Shown here piece by piece: positions 31,101 through 41,031 of a stretch of 64,000 bases of DNA. The stretch is from an uncultured Acidimicrobiaceae bacterium. Its GTDB lineage: Bacteria > Actinomycetota > Acidimicrobiia > Spongiisociales > UBA5794. The translations under genes and the position numbers were made by a program. The stretch is from NCBI GenBank assembly GCA_947259365.1, contig CAMYMC010000042.1, positions 19,954 through 83,953 of the forward strand. The letters run 5' to 3'. How positions within the stretch are numbered: position 1 is the stretch's first letter; each line of letters opens with the position of its first letter. Under the pieces are notes generated by a model. It was not told where the DNA came from and ran no database searches. It saw only the letters and a list, made by a program, of their open reading frames with translations.

Positions 31101-32114
31101 TCAGAGCGAGACGACGGACGGGAACACGGCGACGGCGACGGCGACGGGGATCAGCAACGTCACCACGGCCACCGACCATCCGGTGATGCCGACGGGACGG
31201 GCCAGCGCTCTCAGCGGCTCCGTCACCATCACCGGGCGTCCTGAGCGCACCGACCTGGCAACGAGCACGAGCGCGACCAGAGCCATTGCCCCGAGCGCAG
31301 CGAGCATGACGAGCAACGCCCCGCCCCAGCGGATCGACGCGTTCGTTCCGGCCTGGATGCCGTCGGAGGCGAAGGCAACGTTGGCGACGACGATGAGCCC
31401 GTTCCACAGGGCGTGGGCGCCGATCGCGGTCGACCACGCCGCCGCCAGCCCGACGAGCGGCCTGTCCGGACGGGTGCGCCGCTCGTACCAGGCGAGGCTG
31501 ATGAGCGAGGCCCCGAACAGGTGGAGCCCAGCCCCAGCCGACCTGATGAGCGCGACCGGGAGCCAGCCGACACCGGAGACGGCGAGGCCGGTCGAGGCGT
31601 AGAGGAGGTTCTCCACGGCGGCGAATCCGGCGCCGGCGGCGGCGCCGAAGAGGAAGGCCTCGTGACGGCTGCGGGGACGACGCATCAGCGCTCCGAGCGG
31701 CTTCAGCGTCTCCTCGGCAAGCGGGGCGACGATGGCGGCTTCGACGAAGACGAACAGCGCCCATCCCGTCAGCAGCCTCTCCGGGACGCCGCCAGCCCCG
31801 GCCTCACCGAGCCCGGCCTTGAACGCGTCGGCGAAAGGAGTGACGACGGCCAGCACCGCCGCCGTGAGAACCCCCGCCGCCATGATGACGAGCACCGGCA
31901 CGAGGGTCCCCCCGATGATGGCGGAGGCCGTGAGGCGCCTGCGCTCGCCTCCTGGCCCGGCGACGGCGATCGCCAGGAACAGTGCGGTGACCGGCGCACC
32001 GGCGGCGGCAACGACGAGGGTCCCCCACCCGACGTCGTTCCCACCGGCCAGGCCGGCGATCATCGCTGCCGCGGTGACGACGAATGCGATGGCGAATCTC
32101 TTGAACGGGCTCAT
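31101..32114 (-). CDS. PrsW-family intramembrane metalloprotease
   Basis: 8 TM. EExxK (PLAEETLKP), FGAAAGAGFAAVEN, HALWN motifs of PrsW/CPBP-related proteases. The ATG at 32114 overlaps the stop of the upstream giant ORF. Confidence 0.7.
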   Translation of the reverse strand: MSPFKRFAIAFVVTAAAMIAGLAGGNDVGWGTLVVAAAGAPVTALFLAIAVAGPGGERRRLTASAIIGGTLVPVLVIMAAGVLTAAVLAVVTPFADAFKAGLGEAGAGGVPERLLTGWALFVFVEAAIVAPLAEETLKPLGALMRRPRSRHEAFLFGAAAGAGFAAVENLLYASTGLAVSGVGWLPVALIRSAGAGLHLFGASLISLAWYERRTRPDRPLVGLAAAWSTAIGAHALWNGLIVVANVAFASDGIQAGTNASIRWGGALLVMLAALGAMALVALVLVARSVRSGRPVMVTEPLRALARPVGITGWSVAVVTLLIPVAVAVAVFPSVVSL

Positions 32115-35100
32115 TCCCACTCCTCCAGAATCTCCCCGAGCCGGCTGAGCCTGCCGCCCACCCGGGCCCGGCTCCGCTCGAGCGCAGAGCCGGCGGCGAG
32201 CAGGACGGCGGCACCGACGGCGCCGACGATGAGCCAGGTCCCGCCGGCGAGGCCGCGGCGGGCACCTTCGACGACCGGGATGGCAACCGAGAGAACGATC
32301 GCAGTGGTGACGAGCGCCAGGCCGAGGATCGCCCGCCGCCGCACCGCGGTGGCGGCGCCCCACGCAAGCAGGGCGAACCCTTCGGCGGCGACGAGAACGC
32401 CGTAGCCGAGGCCGGTGAACATACTCCACATCGCCAGCGTCGGCGGGACGGCCATGACGAGCCATTCGAGCGCTCTGAGCAGCTTCGCCCAGCGCCCCCG
32501 GGCTCGGCCTGCACTGCGCTCGAGCTCGATGACGGCGAGGACGACGATGCCGATCGGGATCACCGTGCCGTGGAGGCCGAGCGAATTGACCTCACCGGCG
32601 ATGAGCAGCGCCGCGGCGAGCCACGTGACGAGTGCGCCCTGGATGAGAGTGACCCGCCGTGTGCCGGCGCCAAAGGCGGCAACGGAGCCACCGGCGACGG
32701 CGAGGGAGATGCCGACCTCGAACGACAGGAAGCCGAAGGCGGCGGCCGCGGCGACGAGCGAGACGACTCCGAGGGCGAAACCGGCGCCAGACAGCGCACC
32801 CAGGGAGCGGCCCGACCACGGAACGCCGCCGCCCACGGCGACGAGGCCCATGATCGCGACCCCGATGACGGCCGGGGCAACGAGGACGTCGGCGGTGATG
32901 GCGGCCGCGGTGAGGTAGGCGGCGGACACCCCGACGAGGGCGGCCGCCGTGTTGCGGAGCCCGCGGACGAAGGCGCTGGAAGGAGCGAGGGCCGCGGCGT
33001 AGGCGGCGGCGACCGCCGCCACGGTCGCAGACAGGGCGAACGCCCCCGCGTCCTCGTGACTGTTGTAGCCCAGTGCGATCGCGCCCACTCCGGCGACTCC
33101 GGCGGCGCTGCGGAGGGGAACCAACCAGACACGAGCCCGGACCGAACTCCGGGAGTGCACGGCAAGAGAGGAACCGGCGGCGACGATGGCCGCACCGACC
33201 AGGGTGTTGGCCCGGGCGGCGACGGTGAGATCGAACGCCGCCATCAACGCCACCACGGAGGCTGCAGCGAAGACGATCGAAGTGCTCACAACGGTCGCCT
33301 CCACCAACGCGGTGCCCAGCACGCCGATGGCCAGTGCTTCGACCCCGAGGGCAATCCCGAGCACGAGCTCTCCGTCGATGGCGGGAGCGACAAAGGCGGA
33401 GAACACCGCGTAGCCGATGGCGACCTGGGCCACGGCCAGCGGCTGCCACCGCCACAGTGCTGCGACCTGGGACCGTCCGCCGAGGGACGTGAGCCCACCG
33501 AAGACGGCGACGAGGGCGGCGCCGAGCGCAGCCGAGAGCGCGAACCGGGTGCCGGCGTCCGCGCCGAGCGCGGCGTCGGCAAACGAGAGTGCAGCGGTGG
33601 CGAGGGCGGCGCTCACCCAGGCGAGCCGGGCTGCCCGCCCGATAGTGGCGACGACGGCGGTCACGACCGCCTCGACCCCGAGCACGGCGGCGGCGAGCCG
33701 GAACACAGCGTCGGAATCGAACTCGACGGCGCCTGTCACAACCGCGACCGTCAGGCCGACCTGGCCGACGGCGTGGGCTTGAAGGGCCCAGCGTGCCAGC
33801 CGCCGGGGCACGGCGCGATGACCCGACACCGCCGCGATGACTGCGATGACGCCACTGGCGGCTCCTGCGGCGATGATCCGCGACCCGGGTGCCGGCCAGA
33901 GCCACTCAACTCCCGACCAGCCCGCGGCGACGGCGAACGCGGCCGCAGTCCAGGCCAGCGGGCTCCACAAGGCGGTGTCACGCCGAGCCTCGGCGAGAGA
34001 CGCCGCCGCTGCCGCCGCGACCGCCAGTGTGATCGGCAGCCATCCCCCTCCGGCGGAGACGCCCGCAGCGGCAAAGAGCACGACCGACGCATAGGCGAAC
34101 CCGGCTTCACGGCGCGCCCAGTAGAGGGCCGCGGCGAGAACGGCGCCGGCGAGCAGCACCGTGGAGGCCGTGCCGGCGAACAGGGCGGAGACGATGGCGA
34201 CCCCGGCGGTGCCGAGACCTGCGGCCAGGGTGCCGGCGGCGGGCCGGTGGACGAGATCCCAGCCGTAGCGACCGGGGAGCAGCACGGATCCGAGGGAGAG
34301 GGCGAACGCGAGCGGCATCCACCACACCGGATCCTCGAGGAGGTTCACCCAGCGGCCGGCGACATCACCGTATGCGAACCCGACGAGGACGGACACGGGG
34401 AGCGACACGCCCCCGGTGGCGGTGCCCCATCCGAGAACGGCGAAGCAGCCGGCCGCGACGACGGCGAGCAGCCACACGACCCTGCCGTCGGCGAACCCGT
34501 ACCCGACGATCGCAGGGAGGACGCCCAGCATGACGCCGACGGCGGCCCGGAGCCAGGGTGACGTCAACCCGGGATCGCCGCCGCGACGCCGGTTGAGCAC
34601 GGCAGATGTCGCGACGACGACGGCGGCGATCCCGAACACGAGGAAATGGACGTCCCGGACGGCGAGGCCGACCTCGACCGCACCCAGGGCGGCGGCGACG
34701 GTGGCGAGCGGCCACGAGAGCGAGGTGAGGAACGGCCGCTTCGTGGTCGTTGCCACCACGGCGGTGAGCAGCGCCGCCGAGCCGAACGCCACGCCGGCGG
34801 GGCCGCGGAACGGGGCGGCGACGAGGACGGCACCCAGGGCGGCGGCGTGGGCGGCGACGAGGGCGAGCCTGCACATCACGCCCCGGGACCGTCCGCACAT
34901 CCACAGATTGACCCACGACAGGGTGACGAGTGATGCCGTCAGTCGCCAACCCGGATCGGGGAACACGTCGAATCGGTCGGCGGCGAGGATGACGAGGGGA
35001 TGGGCGGCGGCGACTGCGATGACTGCGGGAGCAAGCCGGATCGCAGGTCCGAGAGCTTCGACGAGAAGCTCCACCAGCGGCGCCCCGCCGCGGGACACAC

Positions 35101-37018
35101 GATGGGCCTCGACGGCGTGGGTGGCCACGATGACGCCCAGTGCGACGAGCACCCCGTCTTCGATCCGGGGATGAACGATGAGCGCCGCGTACACGAACAC
35201 GTGGCCGACGACCCCGGCGGCGAGCACCGCAGTCCTGCCGATGCCGGCGATCGAAACAGCGACGAGGACCGCGCCGACGACGCCGAACGCGACGACATCG
35301 GCCATGGCGGTCCCGTAGGTGCCCCACCCGGATACGGCCCGGCCCGTCATCGCCGTGCCGGCGACGAGTGCGGTCGCCGCGAGCGGTATCCGGACGGGGG
35401 CTGCGACGTCGAGGAGGGCGGCGGTGACGGCCGTCATCAGGATCACGGTGCCGCGGACCCCGAGCGAGGTGACGAATCCGTCGGGCCCGGGGACCACCGC
35501 CATCGCCGCGGCGGCGAAGCCCAGTATCGCTGCCGGGCCGAGCGCATAGGACCGCAGCGGATCGAACCGGCCCGATGCGAACCGGCCAACAGCACATGCG
35601 ATGGAAAGCCCGCCGAGCGTCTGAGGGATCGCCGCGGTCGGGACGAGGCGGATCACTCCGGCACCGATGGCGACGAGCGGAGGGATCCACAGCTCCACGG
35701 CCTGGTGGACCCGCCCGAACCCGACGGGCGCCAGCTCCGCGGTCACCGTGCGAACCGAGCTCGAGATCCCACGGGCGACGGTGAGCCCCGAGACGAACCC
35801 CCACCCGATGACGGCGGTGACGGGGTCGATCGTGGCGAGGCCGAGCCCGATGAACCCGGCGATGCGGGCAACGTGGACGACAAGGACGCTGCGACCTCCT
35901 ACGACCCGGTCCAGCGCCCAGATCCCGATGCCGTACGCCACCAGCCCCAGCCCGAGCCACGATGGATCGAGTCCGATCGTCGGCGTGAGACCGAGGGAGA
36001 TGCCGACCGAGACGTATGAAAGGGTCCGCAGCACGGGGGAGATGTCGCGGCGGAGCCGGACCGGGAGGCCCGCCCAGGCGAAGCCGGTGTCGGACGCGAC
36101 CCACAGCACCGCGGCGGTGAGCAGTGAAGCGACGATGATCGCCGGGGCGAGGTCGGTCAGGCCGGGATCAGCGAGGCCGGCCACCCTCGCGTCGTTGAAG
36201 GCAAAGACGAGGGAGAGGACGAGGACGGCGGGCGCGGCGACCGACGCCATCCGCACGGTGGGAGCGGCCAGCGGAGCGAGCGCAGGGACGGTGCGCATCC
36301 TGGAGGCGAGCGCCATCGAGATCGCGATGGCGCCGAGGACGGTGAACAGTTGCGGCGCGGACATGCCGTGCTCCCAGAAGAGGCCGAGCGCTCCGGCAGC
36401 CGCCCAGATCATCGGCGCAGCGAGGTACGCGTAGATGCGCTCACGCCGCGCCAGTCGGTGATAGACGGTGGCGGTCACCACTCCGACGACGGCGTAGGCG
36501 GGCCACCTGGCGGGTCCGTTGACGTCGGGCGGCCACATCGACCCGTCGCGGAAGAGCGCAGACATCATCACCGGGATCGTGAGCCCCCCGATGAGCCCGA
36601 CTGCGGTCGCGGTAGCGGGGAGGTCGCTCCGTCGCCCCAGGTAGTGGGCGAGTCCGAAGAACAGCGCAGGCGTGGCGACGAAGAACACCGGTCGGAGGTT
36701 CTTGACCGTGACGAGGTCGCCGAAGTAGCCGAAGGCGAAGAACACGAAGATGACGAGGATCGCGAGCAGGACGCCGAGGTAGGTGAGGGCATTAGCGGCG
36801 AAGTCGGCGCTGAACGCCCGCCATGTCCTCTTCATCCGGTCGGCGACGCTCGATCTCGCCTTCTCCCAGCTCCGGCCGGATCCCGGCCCGCCGGCCGGTC
36901 CCCCTGCCGGCCGGCGGACTCGGGCACCCTGCCGTCCGTCGACGGGGTCGGCGATCTCGCCTGGCGCCTTCCGTGGAGATGTCTTCGCCGATGTCTGGTG
37001 CGGGGATGTGTCGTGCAT
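32111..37018 (-). CDS. giant polytopic integral membrane protein (about 1635 aa, >35 predicted TM helices), hypothetical
   Basis: One uninterrupted ORF. Ala/Val/Gly/Leu-rich with regularly spaced hydrophobic helices; only the first about 60 aa are hydrophilic. Start uncertain (ATG 37018 or Met62 at about 36835). Opposite-strand ORFs here are shadows. Confidence 0.6.
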   Translation of the reverse strand: MHDTSPHQTSAKTSPRKAPGEIADPVDGRQGARVRRPAGGPAGGPGSGRSWEKARSSVADRMKRTWRAFSADFAANALTYLGVLLAILVIFVFFAFGYFGDLVTVKNLRPVFFVATPALFFGLAHYLGRRSDLPATATAVGLIGGLTIPVMMSALFRDGSMWPPDVNGPARWPAYAVVGVVTATVYHRLARRERIYAYLAAPMIWAAAGALGLFWEHGMSAPQLFTVLGAIAISMALASRMRTVPALAPLAAPTVRMASVAAPAVLVLSLVFAFNDARVAGLADPGLTDLAPAIIVASLLTAAVLWVASDTGFAWAGLPVRLRRDISPVLRTLSYVSVGISLGLTPTIGLDPSWLGLGLVAYGIGIWALDRVVGGRSVLVVHVARIAGFIGLGLATIDPVTAVIGWGFVSGLTVARGISSSVRTVTAELAPVGFGRVHQAVELWIPPLVAIGAGVIRLVPTAAIPQTLGGLSIACAVGRFASGRFDPLRSYALGPAAILGFAAAAMAVVPGPDGFVTSLGVRGTVILMTAVTAALLDVAAPVRIPLAATALVAGTAMTGRAVSGWGTYGTAMADVVAFGVVGAVLVAVSIAGIGRTAVLAAGVVGHVFVYAALIVHPRIEDGVLVALGVIVATHAVEAHRVSRGGAPLVELLVEALGPAIRLAPAVIAVAAAHPLVILAADRFDVFPDPGWRLTASLVTLSWVNLWMCGRSRGVMCRLALVAAHAAALGAVLVAAPFRGPAGVAFGSAALLTAVVATTTKRPFLTSLSWPLATVAAALGAVEVGLAVRDVHFLVFGIAAVVVATSAVLNRRRGGDPGLTSPWLRAAVGVMLGVLPAIVGYGFADGRVVWLLAVVAAGCFAVLGWGTATGGVSLPVSVLVGFAYGDVAGRWVNLLEDPVWWMPLAFALSLGSVLLPGRYGWDLVHRPAAGTLAAGLGTAGVAIVSALFAGTASTVLLAGAVLAAALYWARREAGFAYASVVLFAAAGVSAGGGWLPITLAVAAAAAASLAEARRDTALWSPLAWTAAAFAVAAGWSGVEWLWPAPGSRIIAAGAASGVIAVIAAVSGHRAVPRRLARWALQAHAVGQVGLTVAVVTGAVEFDSDAVFRLAAAVLGVEAVVTAVVATIGRAARLAWVSAALATAALSFADAALGADAGTRFALSAALGAALVAVFGGLTSLGGRSQVAALWRWQPLAVAQVAIGYAVFSAFVAPAIDGELVLGIALGVEALAIGVLGTALVEATVVSTSIVFAAASVVALMAAFDLTVAARANTLVGAAIVAAGSSLAVHSRSSVRARVWLVPLRSAAGVAGVGAIALGYNSHEDAGAFALSATVAAVAAAYAAALAPSSAFVRGLRNTAAALVGVSAAYLTAAAITADVLVAPAVIGVAIMGLVAVGGGVPWSGRSLGALSGAGFALGVVSLVAAAAAFGFLSFEVGISLAVAGGSVAAFGAGTRRVTLIQGALVTWLAAALLIAGEVNSLGLHGTVIPIGIVVLAVIELERSAGRARGRWAKLLRALEWLVMAVPPTLAMWSMFTGLGYGVLVAAEGFALLAWGAATAVRRRAILGLALVTTAIVLSVAIPVVEGARRGLAGGTWLIVGAVGAAVLLAAGSALERSRARVGGRLSRLGEILEEWE

Positions 37019-37123
37019 GTCCCTCTCCGGGCTTCGTGTCCCGATCCTGCGACACCCCGGCAGGCCCGGCTATCGGGGGTTCCCCCCACGATCGGCCGCC
37101 GCAGACGGGTCAGGCCGACCGGT

Positions 37124-37183
37124 GGGGGACGTCCCCCCTGTCGAATACTCCGGCTGCAGCGCACGATGACCGGGACGTCCCGG
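37124..37183. promoter_or_regulatory. pair of perfect 14-bp palindromes GGGGGACGTCCCCC (37124-37137) and CCGGGACGTCCCGG (37170-37183) in the divergent intergenic region
   Basis: Shared GGGACGTCCC core, 46 bp apart, between the giant membrane protein gene (-) and the sensor kinase gene (+). Confidence 0.5.
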
Positions 37184-37330
37184 AGAGGAGGGATGCATGC
37201 ACCAACGCCTGCCCGATGACGACCGCCGATACGATCGACACCGCCGCGGCGACCGGCCCGCAGACAGAAGCGGCCCGGGCCGAGTGTCGCCGACCGGGGG
37301 GTCGTCCCGTTGAGCTCCCGGCAGGCCGCG

Positions 37331-38536
37331 ATGCCGGGAGCCGGGCACGGCGCGGATGGGGCGACGCCGCACGGGGCGGTCCGGTGGGTAACGTTCGCAC
37401 CACGGATGACGGGGACGGAGAACACGCCGCCGACCTCGACCCTCGACGTCGATGCGACGTTGCGGTGGGTCGTCGTCGCGTTTCGCGCGCTCTCCTGGCT
37501 GTGGATGCTGGGGCTCGTCATCACCGCGCTCGTCACCGACGAGGGCGTGCGACCGGCAGTGGCCACGATCGCCATCGTCCTCGCCACGGTGTGGACGGCG
37601 CTCACCGCCCTGATGGCGGCGAGCCGGCGCCTCGCCAACCCCGTGTTCGTCGGCACCGACGCGGTCGTCGGCCTGCTCATCGGCGGGGCGTCATGGGCGG
37701 CTGACGCCGAGCGCTTCTTCCACGGGGGAATGCCGATGTCGGCCATCCTCGTGGTCGCCTTCGCCTTCGGGTTGCGGGGTGCCCTTCCGCTGTCCGTGGT
37801 CATCGCCGCCGAGCAGTTCCTCATCCAGATCGGCGAGCCGGGCGGCCTCAGCGGTGCCATCGGCAGCGTTGTGTTCCCGATCTTCGCCATCGTCATCGGC
37901 GTTGCCTTCGACACCCTGCGGCGCAACGAGGAGCTCCGGGTCGAGGCGGAGCGGAGACTCGTGCTCGAGCAGCGGGAGCGGGCGCGGCACGCAGAACGCG
38001 CTGACCTCGCCAACCGGCTCCACGACTCCTTGCTGCAGACGCTCCAGGTGATACGCACCGACGCCGACGACACCGAACAGGTGCGGTACCTCGCTCGCCG
38101 CCAGGAGCGCGAGCTCCGTCACACGATCGACGAGTTCCGCAGCCCCCACCGGAACAGCTTCCGCGCCGCCCTGCTCACCGCCGCCGACACGATCGAGGAC
38201 ACGTACCGGGTCGAGGTCGACGTCGTGATCCGTGACGACGCCGAGATGGACGACAGGCTCGAGGCCGTCGTCGAGGCGGCGAGGGAGGCGCTGACGAACT
38301 CGGCGAAGCACTCCGGCGCCGATCGCATCGACATGTACGCCGAGGCCGGATCCGCGGAGGTGCAGGTGTTCGTCCGGGACCGGGGGAAGGGCTTCGACCT
38401 GTCCAACGGCCCGGGCGGCGGCGGGCTCGAGCACTCGCTGGCCAGCAGGGTGGCTGCGGTCGGCGGCGAGGTGCGGGTGAGCACGGCGCCGGACGAGGGC
38501 ACCGAGGTCGCCATCCGGTTGGGCGCGGAGACATGA
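37331..38536 (+). CDS. intramembrane-sensing histidine kinase (5 TM N-terminus, HisKA_3 + HATPase_c)
   Basis: ERADLANRLHDSLLQTLQ H-box (NarL-type); HATPase G-boxes. No periplasmic domain. Start ambiguous (TTG 37310 / ATG 37331 / ATG 37406). Confidence 0.7.
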   Translation: MPGAGHGADGATPHGAVRWVTFAPRMTGTENTPPTSTLDVDATLRWVVVAFRALSWLWMLGLVITALVTDEGVRPAVATIAIVLATVWTALTALMAASRRLANPVFVGTDAVVGLLIGGASWAADAERFFHGGMPMSAILVVAFAFGLRGALPLSVVIAAEQFLIQIGEPGGLSGAIGSVVFPIFAIVIGVAFDTLRRNEELRVEAERRLVLEQRERARHAERADLANRLHDSLLQTLQVIRTDADDTEQVRYLARRQERELRHTIDEFRSPHRNSFRAALLTAADTIEDTYRVEVDVVIRDDAEMDDRLEAVVEAAREALTNSAKHSGADRIDMYAEAGSAEVQVFVRDRGKGFDLSNGPGGGGLEHSLASRVAAVGGEVRVSTAPDEGTEVAIRLGAET

Positions 38537-39201
38537 CGGAGCGCAAGCGGGTCTTCCTCGTCGACGACCACGACACGACGCGCCTCGGTGCCCGTCACTA
38601 CCTCGAGGAACGGTTCGACATCGTCGGCGAAGCCGATCACGTCGATGCCGCCATCGAGTTGATCACGGAACGTCAGCCCGATCTCGTCCTGCTCGACGTC
38701 CGTCTCCCCGGAGGCGGAGGCCGTGCGGTGGTCGACGCCGTCCGGCGGACCCATCCGGACATCAAGTTCCTTGCGTTCACCATGTCGACGTCACGCGACG
38801 ACGTCGTCAGCCTCCTCGAGGCCGGGGTCGACGGGTACATCACGAAGGGCACGTACGGTTCCGAGCTCCCCGACCTCGTCGAGCAGGCGCTCGCCGGAGG
38901 CAATCCCATCTCCCGTGACGTCGCCGCGTACCTGCTCGACATCGACGAGGGGATCGTCGAGGCGTCGGGTATCGAGCGGCTCACACCGCGCGAACGCGAG
39001 GTGGTGAACCTGATCGCCCGGGGCTACACGTACCGGGAGACGTCGAGCCGGCTCGGCATCGCCGTCAAGACGCTGGAAAGCCACATCCACCGCATCTTCG
39101 AGAAGCTCGGCATCGCCAGCCGCCACGAGCTCGCCGCCCTGGCCTACGACGCCGGGTTCATCCGTCCCGACGACGATCGGAACGGCGACGCCGCGGACTA
39201 G
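38533..39201 (+). CDS. NarL/LuxR-family response regulator
   Basis: REC domain (VFLVDDHD...LLDVRLPGGGG) plus LuxR HTH (LTPREREVVNLIARGYTYRET). ATGA overlap with the kinase. Confidence 0.85.
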   Translation: MTERKRVFLVDDHDTTRLGARHYLEERFDIVGEADHVDAAIELITERQPDLVLLDVRLPGGGGRAVVDAVRRTHPDIKFLAFTMSTSRDDVVSLLEAGVDGYITKGTYGSELPDLVEQALAGGNPISRDVAAYLLDIDEGIVEASGIERLTPREREVVNLIARGYTYRETSSRLGIAVKTLESHIHRIFEKLGIASRHELAALAYDAGFIRPDDDRNGDAAD

Positions 39202-39366
39202 TCCGTCTGTGCACCGGGGAAATGGCCCCGGTGCGGGTTCAAGTCGTCACCCCCGCACTGCCGATGTTTGAGGTAACAACCTGGGCGGTGTTCCACTCCA
39301 CCGGAACACACAACGGAGGTCCCCTTCCCTCCGACTCCTCCTCAGAGCGGCCGCCCGGGAGTGAGA

Positions 39367-39395
39367 AAACAGCCCCACCCTCCCGGGGCTGTTTT
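39367..39395. terminator. bidirectional intrinsic terminator AAAA-CAGCCCC-ACCCTCCC-GGGGCTG-TTTT
   Basis: 7-bp GC stem flanked by A4 and T4, between the convergent response regulator and dnaB genes. Confidence 0.65.
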
Positions 39396-39437
39396 CGCGT
39401 GGCGGATGACGGATCCCGCGCCGCCGACACGCCGCGT

Positions 39438-40799
39438 TCACATGAGGGGGGTGTCGCGGCCCATGTCGGAGAAGAGGGTGAACTCGGGGAGGAACGTCAT
39501 CTCGATGCGCCCCGTCGCGCCCTGACGGTGCTTGGCGACCTGGAGCTCGGCGACACCTTTCGTCTCCATGGCTTCGGGGTGGTAGTACTCGTGGCGGTAG
39601 AGGAACATCACGACATCGGAGTCCTGCTCGATCGCGCCGGACTCGCGGAGATCGGCGAGACGGGGGCGTTTGTCCTCCCTGGCCTCGAGCGACCTGTTGA
39701 GCTGGGAGACGGCGATGATCGGGACGTGGAGCTCGCGGGCGAGGTTCTTCAGCCCCCGGCTGATGATGGCGATCTCCTGCTGGCGGTTCTCGCCGCCTGC
39801 GGAGCTCATGAGCTGGAGGTAGTCGACGATGACGAGGGACAGGCCGGGCTTGCGCCGCATCCGGCGGCACTTGGCCCTGATCTCGGTGACAGTGAGACCG
39901 GGGGAGTCGTCGACGAAGATCGGCCGCTTGTAGAGCACGCTGGCCGCGTTCGAGAGCTTCGTGAAGTCGCTCTCGGTGAGCTTGCCGGTGCGAAGTCGCT
40001 GGGAGTCGATGCGGCCCTCGGCACACAGCATCCTCGTCACCACTTCCTCGCGGCTCATCTCCAGCGAGAAGATGGCGACCGGCTCGTCCTGGACGGCGAC
40101 CCGCTGCGCGATGTTGAGGGCGAGCGCGGTCTTGCCCATCGCCGGCCTGGCAGCGACGATGACGAGATTCGTCGGATGGAGACCGGCGAGCTTGCGATCG
40201 AGATCGCGGAACCCGGTGGAGATGCCGGTCACGTCGCGCCCGAGCCGGTTGCGCTCCTCGGCCTGTTCGATGGCGGGCCCGAGCAGCGGGTCGATGGGGG
40301 CGAGGCCATCGCCGACGCGACGCTCGGCGACGGCGAAGACGGCCTGCTCCGCCTGGTCGAGCACGTCGTTGATCCCGGTCTCGGTGGCCGTGGCGATCGA
40401 GACGACGTCGCCGCCCGCCCGCATGAGCCGGCGGCGCAACGCGTGCTCCTCGACGATCGCGGAGTAGTGCTCGATGTTCGACGTCGTCGGCACCTGGTCG
40501 ATGAGGTCGGTGAGATAGGCGACGCCACCGACCCGCTCCAGCATGTCGGTCCTCCGCAGCGCCTCGGCGACGGTGACGGCGTCGATCGGCTCGTTGGCGT
40601 CGAAGAGGGAGATGACGGCGGCGAAGATCGCCTGATGCGACGGCTTGTAGAAGTCCTCGGGATGGAGCTTCTCGAGGGCGACGTTGGCGGCGTCGGAAGA
40701 GAGGAGCACGGCGCCGAGGACCGACACCTCGGCCTCGACGCTGCTCGGCGGCACCCTGCTCCCCTGGCCGGCGGTGGGCCGCTCAACGACCGACGTCAT
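39438..40799 (-). CDS. dnaB: replicative DNA helicase DnaB (no intein)
   Basis: N-terminal domain PPSSVEAEVSVLGAVL; Walker A GARPAMGKTA; 453 aa. Confidence 0.9.
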   Translation of the reverse strand: MTSVVERPTAGQGSRVPPSSVEAEVSVLGAVLLSSDAANVALEKLHPEDFYKPSHQAIFAAVISLFDANEPIDAVTVAEALRRTDMLERVGGVAYLTDLIDQVPTTSNIEHYSAIVEEHALRRRLMRAGGDVVSIATATETGINDVLDQAEQAVFAVAERRVGDGLAPIDPLLGPAIEQAEERNRLGRDVTGISTGFRDLDRKLAGLHPTNLVIVAARPAMGKTALALNIAQRVAVQDEPVAIFSLEMSREEVVTRMLCAEGRIDSQRLRTGKLTESDFTKLSNAASVLYKRPIFVDDSPGLTVTEIRAKCRRMRRKPGLSLVIVDYLQLMSSAGGENRQQEIAIISRGLKNLARELHVPIIAVSQLNRSLEAREDKRPRLADLRESGAIEQDSDVVMFLYRHEYYHPEAMETKGVAELQVAKHRQGATGRIEMTFLPEFTLFSDMGRDTPLM

Positions 40800-40882
40800 C
40801 TGCCCTCCTGGCCCATGGGGGATTCGCTTCCCCTCCCTCGGTCCTCATCATGCGCGCTGGGTGTGACACGTATTCCGCAAAC

Positions 40883-40910
40883 AGCTTCGGCGCGAGCGCC
40901 GGGGAAGCTG
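40883..40910 (-). terminator. possible hairpin (CAGCTTC...GAAGCTG with internal GGCGCGAGCGCC) downstream of rplI / in the dnaB leader
   Basis: Nested palindromes. Only a weak T-tract (TTTG) on the minus strand. Confidence 0.3.
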
Positions 40911-41031
40911 CAGCGAGTGTACGCGGCGCCGCCGAGCCTCCTCGCCGGGCCGGGTCGGTTTTGTTTCGCGCCCCGTGGTCAGATTTCCCGGACTCGGGCC
41001 GGGAGCGGCCGTCGTGGCGAGAACCGGTGGC

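Noticed and set aside
32570-36104. Multiple plus- and minus-strand ORFs (663, 437, 579, 339 aa) within the giant membrane protein gene
   Set aside because: Extremely Arg/Gly/Asp/His-rich, mirroring the Ala/Val/Gly codons of the real minus-strand frame. No domains; alternate-frame artefacts.
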